Below, one piece after another: positions 23,201 through 34,207 of a stretch of DNA of 64,000 nt. The stretch comes from Ylistrum balloti (taxonomy: Eukaryota). The stretch spans positions 2,790,001 to 2,854,000 of the forward strand of contig NW_026782003.1 of NCBI RefSeq assembly GCF_031769215.1. The letters run 5' to 3'. The notes under the pieces are model-generated. The model searched no databases. It was not told where the DNA came from and saw nothing but the letters and a program-made list of their open reading frames with translations. Each line of letters opens with the position of its first letter. Within the stretch, counting starts at the first letter, position 1. A program made the translations under genes and the position numbers.

Positions 23201-26111
23201 ATTAGTGCACTTTCAAAGCCAGATTTTAACATTTTGATCAATTACTCATTAGCTTGTTTTAAAGTAGTATTCCTCCGCATCATTGAATAGAAGGAGACGA
23301 AGCACTACATGTCACTTTTTAATTATTATTTGACTCTATTGTATCAAATTCTTATCGAAAGATGATATCTACTTGTGTCTTTTGTGCGATCCAACTCAAC
23401 AGGGAAAGAAGTAATCACTTTGTCTATACGACCATAGAGCAAATGTTGTGTACAAAACATCTCAAAATCCTGCTAATTAGATATTCATGGCATATTATCA
23501 CATCATCAAGCTTTACAGCTTTTGATGGTCATAGGTAAAAGAGTCATGTGTCACATCTTACATTTTCTGCAATTAAAACATGCCGTATACCCCATTATCC
23601 TCTCAGACCACGAAGTTTCACTGCAACAAGTTCTATAGCATTTTGGTGGTTTTTCGTGGAAGAGTGAAAAATAACATTTTACCGATATTGAAATGAAAAT
23701 ATACGAGGCCGATGAATTTACCTCCTACCTCCATTCGTTTCATAAGAACTTAATACTTAATTATTCTTTTCTTGTCTGATCACTTATATCTTCGCAATAT
23801 CTAAATAAAGGGTGGTCGGGTGGCGCAGTGTTAACGCACTCGCCTTTCACCTAGCCGACCGGGGTTCGATTCCCGGAACGGACGTGAAAAGGTAAGGGGT
23901 CACCTGCCCGACCGCGTGGGTTTTCCCCGGGTACTCCGGTTTCCTCCCACAATACGGCCCCTCGCGCACTTACATCCGGGCCAACAAGAGTGATTAGTAT
24001 AAGTTTAAATAACTTGTTTCGCAATTGTTGTAAAACAAATAAAGTTTATATATATATCTAAATTCCATAAGGATGACAATGTCAGTAAATGAGACAACTA
24101 AACGTAAAACAGCTGTATGTATTTAGTCTTACTAAAAATGGAACAACATACTTTAACCTGACTCGCCTGATGTATGCATTAGTGATAATATTTCAAACAG
24201 GTGTATTTATTATGCGCTATCATACCCTCCTTTAAATAATATCATGGAAGGCCAAAGCGGGCAAATAGGCTTTAAAATTCCATCATTACCTTACATGATT
24301 AGCTCAAAAGCTTTTTTAGTGTGCTATCTTTCTGTAATGTCGCAACATATTGACAAGAAAGCATCACACTCGATCGGGCCACATTATCTTATGACTTGCC
24401 AAATAAAAAATGTTTTTCGATATTGTGTCAGTTAGTGTTGTCAGTCTGTTTTTAAGTAGTGAAGACATATTCCATGTTCTCCCTATTAAAAAGGATTGTG
24501 CGATGGACACACCACATGTGGCCACTTTTTTCAGAAACCTCCTTTAATTCAAATTTGCAAAACTGCTTGTATTTGACATTCCTGAACAATGTGAATGCCA
24601 ACTTGAAAGAACAAGCATATTAACGCGTCATTTTGAAATTTACTTTATCCAGTTGGCATTCATACTGATCAGGAATGCCATATCAAAGCTGTTCAAAACT
24701 TACAGTGTAAAATCATACGTTTTCGTGGTTTTCTAAAAACATAGCTTTTCGTTAGTCATTGATTTTCATGGAATAAAATTAATCTCAAAATTTATTCGTA
24801 GTTTAATACATATCATCTTTTATCTGTTAGTCATTTCCTCGACATTGAATTCGTGGATTTGGAGTACCAACGAATTCAACCAAAATATTAATAATTTTAC
24901 AGTATTTGCCATTTTCAACATTCATTTTTTAGAGTTCTAAGGAGGAGCACCATCACTCTCAATATTCCTATCTCTTTGGAAGAACTTTAACCGGTATCAC
25001 AAAACTCACTTTGGTATTGCTATTGGTAGAAATATAAAAAAAAAAATACAGACACAAAGCGAAAAAAAAACCACAAAACCTAAAATCAACATAAATCAAC
25101 ATGTTTCAAGCCGTTACCTGAGCACCGGAAAGAAATTTGTAATGGCAGTTTTGGTAAGCAACTTTACATGGTCGTCAATCATCAACATCAGTTCCTTGAA
25201 TGTCTTGTCTTCATGTGCATATCTTTCACCAAACGAAATGCTGCAAATAATGTTAGATACGCTGATCTGTGCGATTGTTCCCAGAGAAAAAGCATCTCCA
25301 CACTGTGGTTACATTATGACAATGATTTGCTACGAATAATTATATCATAACTTGATAACGAGTAATAGCATTGCGTTGATATTAAACAAGATAGTAGAGG
25401 AAGACAACACAACTATGAAATTGACCTAAGTGATACGTGCTCTCGTGGATGAATGTCGCTCATGACTAAACCTTCAGTTTAATTCAAAATGTTTATCACT
25501 TAGAGAAATGAATGTATGCATGAAATCAACGAAACTTAACCCCTACAAAAATGAAAGATTTCATTCATAAGAGTGAACTTTCTAAAGACTTAGATACACA
25601 GGATGGAAATTGGTTCATTAACATTTTGCAGCATTTTCCTTGCTTTTGACTAAGTCGTTTTACCTTGAATATATTAAATACATATAGGCCGCTCAGTCCA
25701 AATGAAATAAGATCTCGGCGTGTAGCATATATACTCTAACACACTGTAAGCTGACTAGTACATACCTTTACCATTGCCGGACCGTTTAGTTAGGGAATCC
25801 TCCACTGGTCGGTCAGAGAAGACATCAGCTCGTTTCACAAACGCTTCCTTCAAGGTCTCGTAGCCATTGATTACCACCATTCGTCTGCTACCTAACTGTA
25901 GACTGAATACGTCACCGTAACTCTGTCGTAACTGTTCAAATAATTTTGTTTTGCTTCCAGACAAAAAGAGTGGGAAATTTCCCACTAGTGGATATCCACG
26001 AGGTCCCGGAGGACCGTTGTTTGGAACATACACAAGCTTCAGAAGAAACAATAAGCCTAATATAACAAAGGCTAACGTGAAGAGATCGAAATTAAATAGA
26101 GCATCCAACAT
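20283..26111 (-). CDS. Cytochrome P450, CYP2 clan; missing about 50 aa around the C-helix, possibly a recent pseudogene or damaged allele
   Basis: Exons 25766-26111 (membrane anchor, PPGP), 25118-25302 ([10 protein letters not shown]), 22127-22308, 20681-21124 (AGTETT, ETLR, PERF) and 20283-20464. The heme motif FSLGRRVCFG spans the last intron. No WxxxR segment was found between 25765 and 25303. Confidence 0.9.
21185..21798. mobile_element. MITE-like element with about 40-bp terminal inverted repeats in a CYP intron
   Basis: aaataccgacatggcaacataatcataaccgaaactca near 21190 is the reverse complement of tgagtttgaattatgattatgttgtcatgttggtattt near 21760-21796. Related pieces lie at 4830-5050, 16590-16625 and 30975-31030. 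Confidence 0.6.
23807..24053 (+). mobile_element. tRNA-derived SINE (V-domain-like core) with a 10-bp target-site duplication
   Basis: A box TGGCGCAGTG at 23821 and B box GGTTCGATTCC at 23863-23873. Core gtgggttttccccgggtactccggtttcctcccac and an AATAAA/(TA)n tail. TSD atatctaaat at 23797-23806 and 24054-24063. Confidence 0.9.
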
Positions 26112-27631
26112 CTTGGACTAGTGATGTTCAGTGAGTGTACCCCACATACATGCCGACATATATGATGTCATTCAGACAAGATACGATTTAACCTTGACCT
26201 AAAAACACATACCCTCCTGGTATATAGAGAATATATAATAGTATCTTTAGTATTGATATGTGTGTCAAATATTTTGTATCGAGTGAAAGATACAAAATAA
26301 ATATTAGACACGCAAGTGAAATGATTTTTGTTATAACTGAAGACTGGTATTTTTTCACAAGCAAAATAGCCAAATTACTGGCATGTTTTGAACAAATATT
26401 AAACGAGGAAGCTGACTAGGCTTTTCGCGAACACTTACTTATCTATTATAAGCGACAAAATATAGTCCGTTTCTTAAAAAGTCATTTAAAGTTTGTAAAT
26501 ACAAAAATAAGATCTAAATATAGATTTATTTTCATCACATAGAAAATGGTACTTATTAATGCCGCTAAGAGACCAAATTTGCTGGAAATCGTTCAAAGAG
26601 AATTTAACATGTGATTGTTTTAACTGAACGTGACATTCTGCAGCTATGAATGTTTTAGTCAGCTTTTAGCATTATTCTTTAATTTTGTATTTTACTGCGA
26701 TTGCGCATCTCACTTACTTCCAAATGCAAAACTGATTTAAACCAGTTAAACATTACGACAGCAATGAATTCTCTGTTGGTGACCATGGTAATGCATTTAC
26801 TACAACGCTATGCTATTTCAAATTAATGTTGTGTCTAATTTCATACAACTAATATGGATATTTTCCCACGAATGAAACATATCCACAGTTTTTTTTAATC
26901 TTCGCTGGCCATTCACAAGTCGTAGCTATATTTTTTGCGAGAGTTTGATTTTCAAGACTTTGAGACATAAATCTAGTCATAGTTTTACTGTTTAACAACA
27001 ATGAAAATACACAGTATTTGGTTTTCATGAAAGGTCTTCTGTATTGAACTTCAGAGTATTCCAAACTTGAATTCAAGATGTAGCATGCCTTCCCAAATTT
27101 TCTACGAAGCTGGTATTTATCTACTTTAGCAGGTCGTCATTTTTTCATATCTGATATATCCAAGTCAGTGGTTAGCATGCAAGTAAATGACTCGATCTTT
27201 ATAGCAAAATGTAATCCTATTTAGGGTTCTGTATCTCCTTGCAATATCAACACTTGGACTTACAAAACAACATGAGAACGTTTTCCTGCATTTCATTCAT
27301 TTTAGCTTTTCTCGTCCTTTTTTCAGTTATCCAATGTGTTCATCCTGCCTGGAACCGTCCTGGCCACGGATGAGCATTCTTATTCTTTGGTAATTAAAAA
27401 AAATACTTCACAATGGAAACAAACTTGTAAAAGTGTTATATCACTGTGACAAGTGAGCTGCTTGGTACCATCCGCATGGCCAAATTTATTAGAAATTCTA
27501 ACTGGATAGCCTGAACGTGTGTATTTTATATTTCTCCGTCATATATATAATAATATGGAGGAAACCCTATCTCATCACAATGCTATGTTGATTATATTTT
27601 AGACACTCTATAATAGGTACATTCTATTATA

Positions 27632-29693
27632 CTATTCCAGTATTCCATACTGATGGAGTTTGAACAAGAGACCCTTATGCCAGACTTTGTCAAATGCCTT
27701 GGACAAATCGCAAAATACAACACAAGAATATTCATTATTATCCAAAGAGCTAACAATACTGTGATACATTTCTATCAACTGATAGACTGTGGAGTGGCCA
27801 GGAAGGAAACCAGATTGATACTTGTAAAAAATATTGTCTCTAGCAAAGTTAAAAATATATTTAAAGACACATCTTTCCATAGTTTTTGACAAGCAACTTA
27901 GCAAAGAAATAGGCCTATAATTTGAAGGAGCATGAGCATCTCCTTTTTTAAATACTGGTAAAACGTGTGTTTTTTTCCATTCCGAAGGGAAAACAGCATC
28001 CCTTTGAGACCTATTAAATAATAATGTAAGAGGTTGTGAAATAGTTCTGGCTGTAGCTTTTAGCATACGGGACTAATCCTGTCTGGAACAACAGCTTTCC
28101 CTATGTCAAGAGTAGATGAAATATCATAAACATCTTTTTCTTCGATCATAAAACTAGAAAGTGAATTACTGCATTTTCTGACGAAGTTTGGCAGATTTGT
28201 ATTAGAATCATCAGTACTGGAGACAGAAGTGAAGTAATTATTGAGGATTTCAACCTTTTCCTGGTCACAAACTGCCATTTTGGTAATACCATTAACATTG
28301 TATTCAAGAGGAGGTATAAAGCGAGGAGAGGAGGAGAAAAAGCTGTTAAGAATTTGCCAAAAGGCACGGGGATTTTCAGTTTTTGCCGTAGAGACACGTG
28401 ATTCCAAATTACAGAAGAAATCGGCCTTGGCCTTCTTTTTCACATTATTTACTCTGTTTCTCATACCCCTGTATGAAGACCAGTCTTCTTGGCGTTTAGA
28501 ACGTAATGCCATTTGTTCGAGTCTGTCCCTTATACGACAGTGTTTACATAAAACCGAATCGAACCAGGGTTTGTCGGAGGGACGGATAGTAACTGTAGAA
28601 TTTGGTATAAAGATTCTCGCCAGATCTAAAAATTGCCTAGTGAAGTTGGAAACAGCATTAGAAATTAAATCGTGCCAATCTACTGATGATAACGAACCAT
28701 TAAGCCCAATGTAGTCTGCCCTATTATAATTCCACACAAATCTCTCGTAAGATGTTTTACAATTATAAGAAAATGATAAATTTATAAAAGTCGCTTTATG
28801 ATCACTAACAGTATTGTCTACACTGAATGTCCCACTATCGAGACATTTAATATCCGAAGAAATAAATATAGGATCTAAAAGTGTAGCTGTGTCAGTGGTT
28901 ACACGAGTAGGCTCGGTAATAACGTTTAAGAGGTGATAGTTGGTTACTAATGTATCTAACTTATTATTTCTGTGTAACAAATCAACATTAAAATCGCCAA
29001 GGATAACTATATCAGAACAATAATCAGAGAGAGTCTCAATGCACCACTCGAAATTTTGATAGTGTTTCTGGAGTTTGGTGGTCTATAAAATAATCCAACC
29101 ATGATACGTCTATTGTGGCACATAACTTCCGCCCAGATGCATTCTAGATTTGCCGGTGTAAACTCGAGTTTACGACAAAATTTAATAGAATCTGAAAAAT
29201 ATATAAGAACACCTCCACCAAAAGCATTTCTATCTTTACGTATAAAAGTGGAATAGTCAGGAATAGAAAGAGAATCACTTACGACTGAATCGTCTATATG
29301 TGTCTCCGAAAAGTACAAAATGTCAAAATCACTGATAAAAGAATCGAGAAAAGAAAATTTATGTCTAATGCTTCTAGTATTTAAGTGGAGTAAACTCAAG
29401 TCAAAGTTGCCATGATTGTCAGGACCAGGGTTTGTTTCAACATCTCCACTTAGAATTAAGATAATATATAGAGAGGGAAAGTCAGCACTATAAAAACCGG
29501 ATATACATATATCTAGACAATGATAAACATGTTGGAAAATCCATATGGAATATATCTTAGTCATGTCTTTAAGTAATGTTAAAAGAAATAAAAGTAAATA
29601 TGCTGGGTTCCAAGATATTTTACATGAGGACGAGTAGATACTACCGTTAAACCTTCCGATTGACGCCCTATAATCCTCTAAGGAATTACCCAT
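27632..29693 (-). mobile_element. Non-LTR retrotransposon (CR1/L2-group LINE) ORF2: 2A-like peptide, APE endonuclease, partial RT; frameshifted and 3'-truncated
   Basis: Three consecutive ORFs carry GDVETNPGP, HLNTRS, FSETH, GGGVLIY, YRPPN, ILGDFN (read across a frameshift), SDH, PWFD, NYRPISLLS, QSGF and DLSKAFDKVWH. It stops before the YADD motif. Confidence 0.93.
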
Positions 29694-31722
29694 TATCTAA
29701 TATACAAACATAGGTAAGTATAACATACAAGTAGAGGACATCAATCGGAATACAGTCGACTCTGAATAAAAAGAATGGTAGAGAAAGAATGTAAAAGGTA
29801 GGCAGAAAGAATAGGGTAAACATGAAAGAGTAGGGTGGATAAACGATAGACTGAAAGAGAGAAACTAGAAAAAATATGTGTCTATAACAAAAAACATTCA
29901 TCGTTGACATATCACTAATGAGAAAGGGGTAAGTAAAAAGTCAAATTATTTCCAGGAAATACCATCAAACATATAAACATATAAGCGATAAACCAAAATA
30001 ACCAGTACGCGCACATACTCCCATACACATCTACTAGTTGTTTAAAAAAAATCTGTCAAGTGCGCACACAGAACCTATGCACATTTATCCCTGCAACTTG
30101 CACACATATCCGTACGAAAAACATCAAACATACATATACTGCATTCTCCATACACACCATATAGCGCACATACTACCTATGGACATATGAGTAAACAAGA
30201 ATAAAGATATTTTTACAATTAAACCTTAGACAGTGAGGGGTCCATGTATATAGGCTGACAAGACAAAATTTTGGATAAAGAATGGACAGCAAGGGAGGAA
30301 AATGTATGAAGCATATACATTGCAGCATAGCATAGTTAGACATCTTAAAAAGTAGAGAAGAAGATATAATATCAAAGACAAGTAATAGTCGTGACATGTA
30401 CAAATATATGTAGGGGGAAAATAACACGTGTTGTCAAAATAAACAGAAAGTAGATTGATAAATACATGTAAGTATCAATATGTGTTGGAACTAAAAAAAA
30501 AAAAATAGTGCATATTAATACGTCAGATTAGCGAAAATCATACAATACTTAATATTAAATCCATATAATTTTGTTACATACTTGGCATTGTACAACAGGG
30601 TAGTCGAAAGGCAACAATGTACGGATAAATACATGAAAAAAATCATGATTATACATTGACTCCGAAAATAACGTAGTACCATCATTTCTGCAGGTAAAAA
30701 CTTAAAAAATACACACAGAAAAAAAAAACAAAAAAAAAACCCCATTTCTTTATCAGTCAAATAGAAACACTGGGTTAAAACAGCACAGGTAAGTGTGCTA
30801 TACAATCGGAAGCTTCAGATAAGTTAGAAGTAATATGCACGAACTATGGAAGAATCGGACTGGGGTCTTGCCCTTTAATCTGTTACACGAGTGAAGCTAA
30901 CACGTGATCTTAAAACATTCGTTTGTTAATGCAAAATAAAACAGTAAAGAATATGTTCACATTGTAAAACTTTTTTTATCATATTTTGAGTTTTAATTGA
31001 GGTTTTGTTGACATGTCGGTATTTTGTACTTGTTTTTAAACAAAAATAAATTATATCAGTGCGGGAAAGCCGTTTTTGTGTTATATTCGTTGTTATCAGT
31101 CGAAAGTTTCTATAACGTGATTTTTGCTAGATTTAGTTACAAAACATTCATTTGCTTTGAATACCACTAGGGTGTTTCGTTGTAACATTTTTTCCTATGG
31201 CCAATGTACATAAATGCGTGAAAAAGTGTATTTTACATATCCAGAATGTTATGCTGTGAGATCTTTTGCATGAAGGGTTCTAACTTTCGGGAGGACCCGT
31301 CCATTAATTGGAATACAAAAATCAAGATAATTATGGATTTCGTTGAAAACTATAACAGAGAATCGGTGAAATAAAAACAAAGGTTTTTTTATTATTATCA
31401 TTAATATACATATAAATACATATGTATAATATATTATCTATATTATATTATATAAATATATGTACACTTAATTATATTGTACAAACATGTGCCGGTATTG
31501 TAAATCTTACATAAATATCAATAACATAATGTATGAATCAATGTTTTACGATTGTTTTAACAAATACTGATTACTCACAGTAATACTTCTAAGGCAGATT
31601 GGAGGCGCTGAAATTTATTCATCATTATTAATCACGACGTTTCATAGACAGAATTTCTTGATTGATATCCTTCTTATAGTGACTGTGAATCAAAAATAAC
31701 TTTAATTTCTGAAATAACTATG

Positions 31723-32110
31723 GCCGTTTTAACGATAGTGCCGTTTTAACTAAGACCGTTTTTACGATAGTCTCGTTTTAACTAAGACCGTTTTTACGAT
31801 AGTGTCATTTTAACTAAGACCGTTTTTACGATAGTGTCGTTTTAACTAAGACCGTTTTTACGATAGTGCCGTTTTAACTAAGACCGTTTTTACGATAGTC
31901 TCGTTTTAACTAAGACCGTTTTTACGATAGTGTCATTTTAACTAAGACCGTTTTTACGATAGTGTCGTTTTAATTAAGACCGTTTTTACGATAGTGTCGT
32001 TTTAACTAAGACCGTTTTTATGATAGGGCCATTTTAACTAAGACCGTTTTTACGATAGGGTCATTTTAACTAAGACCTTACGGCAGGGCCGATTTAACAG
32101 GACCGTTTTT
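31723..32110. repeat. 32-bp minisatellite, about 12 units, with a 4-unit higher-order repeat
   Basis: Unit taagaccgtttttacgatagtgtcgttttaac. Starts at 31751, 31783 and so on to 32071. The variant order gtgcc/gtctc/gtgtca/gtgtcg occurs twice. Confidence 0.95.
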
Positions 32111-33579
32111 GAAGAGAGGTCGTTTTCTTTAAAAGTAAGGCTGAATAATTAAAATGATATTTTTACGAGTGCATGAACATTCTTTTCAGTAAAAGTTTCA
32201 ACACAAAGTCTACTGGAAAATTTGTACAGGATCTAAATCGGATCAGAAAACGTATCAAGTATGTAAATTTAACTTTTATGAATAAATATACGAACATTAA
32301 CTATTTGCAACAATTGTGAAACATGTTATTTCAACTTATACCTATCACTCCTGTTGGCCCGCATGAATAAATTAAGACATTTTGTTTTCATTCTTTATCG
32401 ATCATTTATATTTGTCTGAACGATCTAGGGCTAAGACGATTGGACACTTACTGCTACATGTATAAAATAAGTATCATTACTTAAATTTTGACATTGTGAC
32501 AACAGATTTCATCTTCATTTCACATAATTATCGTTACATAAGGTGCGAAATCGTTGAGATCCGGACATGAGACAGTTTTGGTAACGACCCGCCTCTCTCA
32601 ACAGTTTGATAGCTGAAATACGGAGTTTGATTACGTCTTTTTGAATGGTAGTTGGTGTAATATTGGTGTACGGTTCTAACCTTAGATTGTATTCCAGTTT
32701 GAGACACACCCTGTTAAAAGAAATCTTTTCATCTTTTAAGGTCTCTCAAGCTTGATGTCAATTATCAATATAAATGATGCTTTTAGAAGTCCGACAGGCT
32801 AAACATAGAATAATAATTATCATTTCTGGAATTTTAACAAGGGAAATAACTCTTCCGAGTGTTCGCAGTGACGCCAATACATTTATCATATTCATAATAA
32901 ATCCTAGAAATAATTTTCACTTTTAGCATGACTTTTACACGTGAGAACGTGTCTTGGTTAGTAAAGAGCTAATCTGATCTTCATTTGAACCTTGTAGTCG
33001 GCAGCAGCATACGTCCATGCTACCAAGAAGAAGAAGAAAACAGGACAAATCCAGGTCACGTTGCAGAGGGATGTCTTCGTGCAATCTGCTACAAGCTTGG
33101 ACCTTGTGTCGATTTCATTGTAAAACACATGTCGCCCATACATTCATATAGCGATCGAATTAGAACACAAGTACTGAAGTGTATTTGGTCTCGGTATGAA
33201 TGCAAAATTTTACAAATATGAGGATTTATTATCCTGCCAGTGAATTGCAGTAACATGTAAAATACAAAATTCCACATCATTTTCATTTTCTTATCCTGTG
33301 TACACACTTGTGTTAAGGGTAGTACGGCAGTAAAATATGTACAAAGATAACACCCATTTGATAAAACACATCACGTGACTTTTGGTCTGCATAACCAGAA
33401 AAGTTCAGATCATTTGGCACAATATATAGTGAAATTTTTCATAATTCTGTTTACATGTCGGTATGTTTAGGCTTTGAATGTCTGTATCTCACAATTCATT
33501 ATTTAATTAAGAGGTTCTAGATCACAATATTGAATAATTGTCCTGTATAATACAAAAAAAAACAAAAAAAAAAAAAAAA

Positions 33580-34207
33580 ACAAGAGGCCCATGGGCCTTA
33601 ACGGTCATCTGACAAAAAGCAAGCCAAACCTAGAAAGTGGGTTGAGGTCATTCATTTGAACAAACTTGGTAGCCTCTCCTCCAAGCATCTTACAGGCCCA
33701 ATATCAGCACTCATGGACTTTTGCTTGTTGAGAAGAAGTCGTTTGTATATTTTAACATATTTGACCCCTGTGACCTTGAAAGTGGGTCGAGGTCATTCAT
33801 TTGAATAAACTTGGTAGCCTTTCCTCCCAGCATGCTACAGACCCAATATCGGCACTCAGAGACTTTTGCTTATTGAGATGAAGTCCTTTGTATATTTTAA
33901 CATATTTGACCCCTGTGACCTTGAAAGTGGGCCAAGGTCATTCATTTGAACAAACTTTGTAGGGCTCCATGCCAGCATGCTATGGGCCAAGTATTAGCCC
34001 CCTAGGCCTTCTAGTATTTGAGAAGAAGTTATTTAAAGATTTTAACATATTTGACCCCTGTGACCTTGAAAGTTGTTCAAGGTCATTCATTTGAACAAAC
34101 TTGATAGCCCTTCATCCCAGCATGCCACAGGCACAATATCAGCAATCTGAGCCTTTTGGTTATTGAGGAGAAGTCGTTTGAAGATTTTAACATATTTGGC
34201 CCCTACC
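33580..34207. repeat. 145-bp tandem repeat (about 4 units) inside a bivalve-type non-autonomous element (Helitron/MITE-like)
   Basis: tgaccttgaaagt at 33771, 33916 and 34061 (period 145). Begins acaagaggcccatgggcct, a palindrome, right after a poly-A tract. The family assignment is from recall. Confidence 0.8.

Noticed and set aside
23810-23885. tRNA gene
   Set aside because: The A and B boxes continue into a SINE core, tail and TSD; this is the SINE head, not a standalone tRNA.
26413-26421. NRF2 ARE core TGACTAGGC upstream of the CYP
   Set aside because: It lacks the 5' purine, and a single 6-informative-base match is expected by chance.
28146-28714. ORFs 28241-28714 (+) and 28146-28397 (-)
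   Set aside because: Antisense or alternate-frame shadows of the LINE ORF2.
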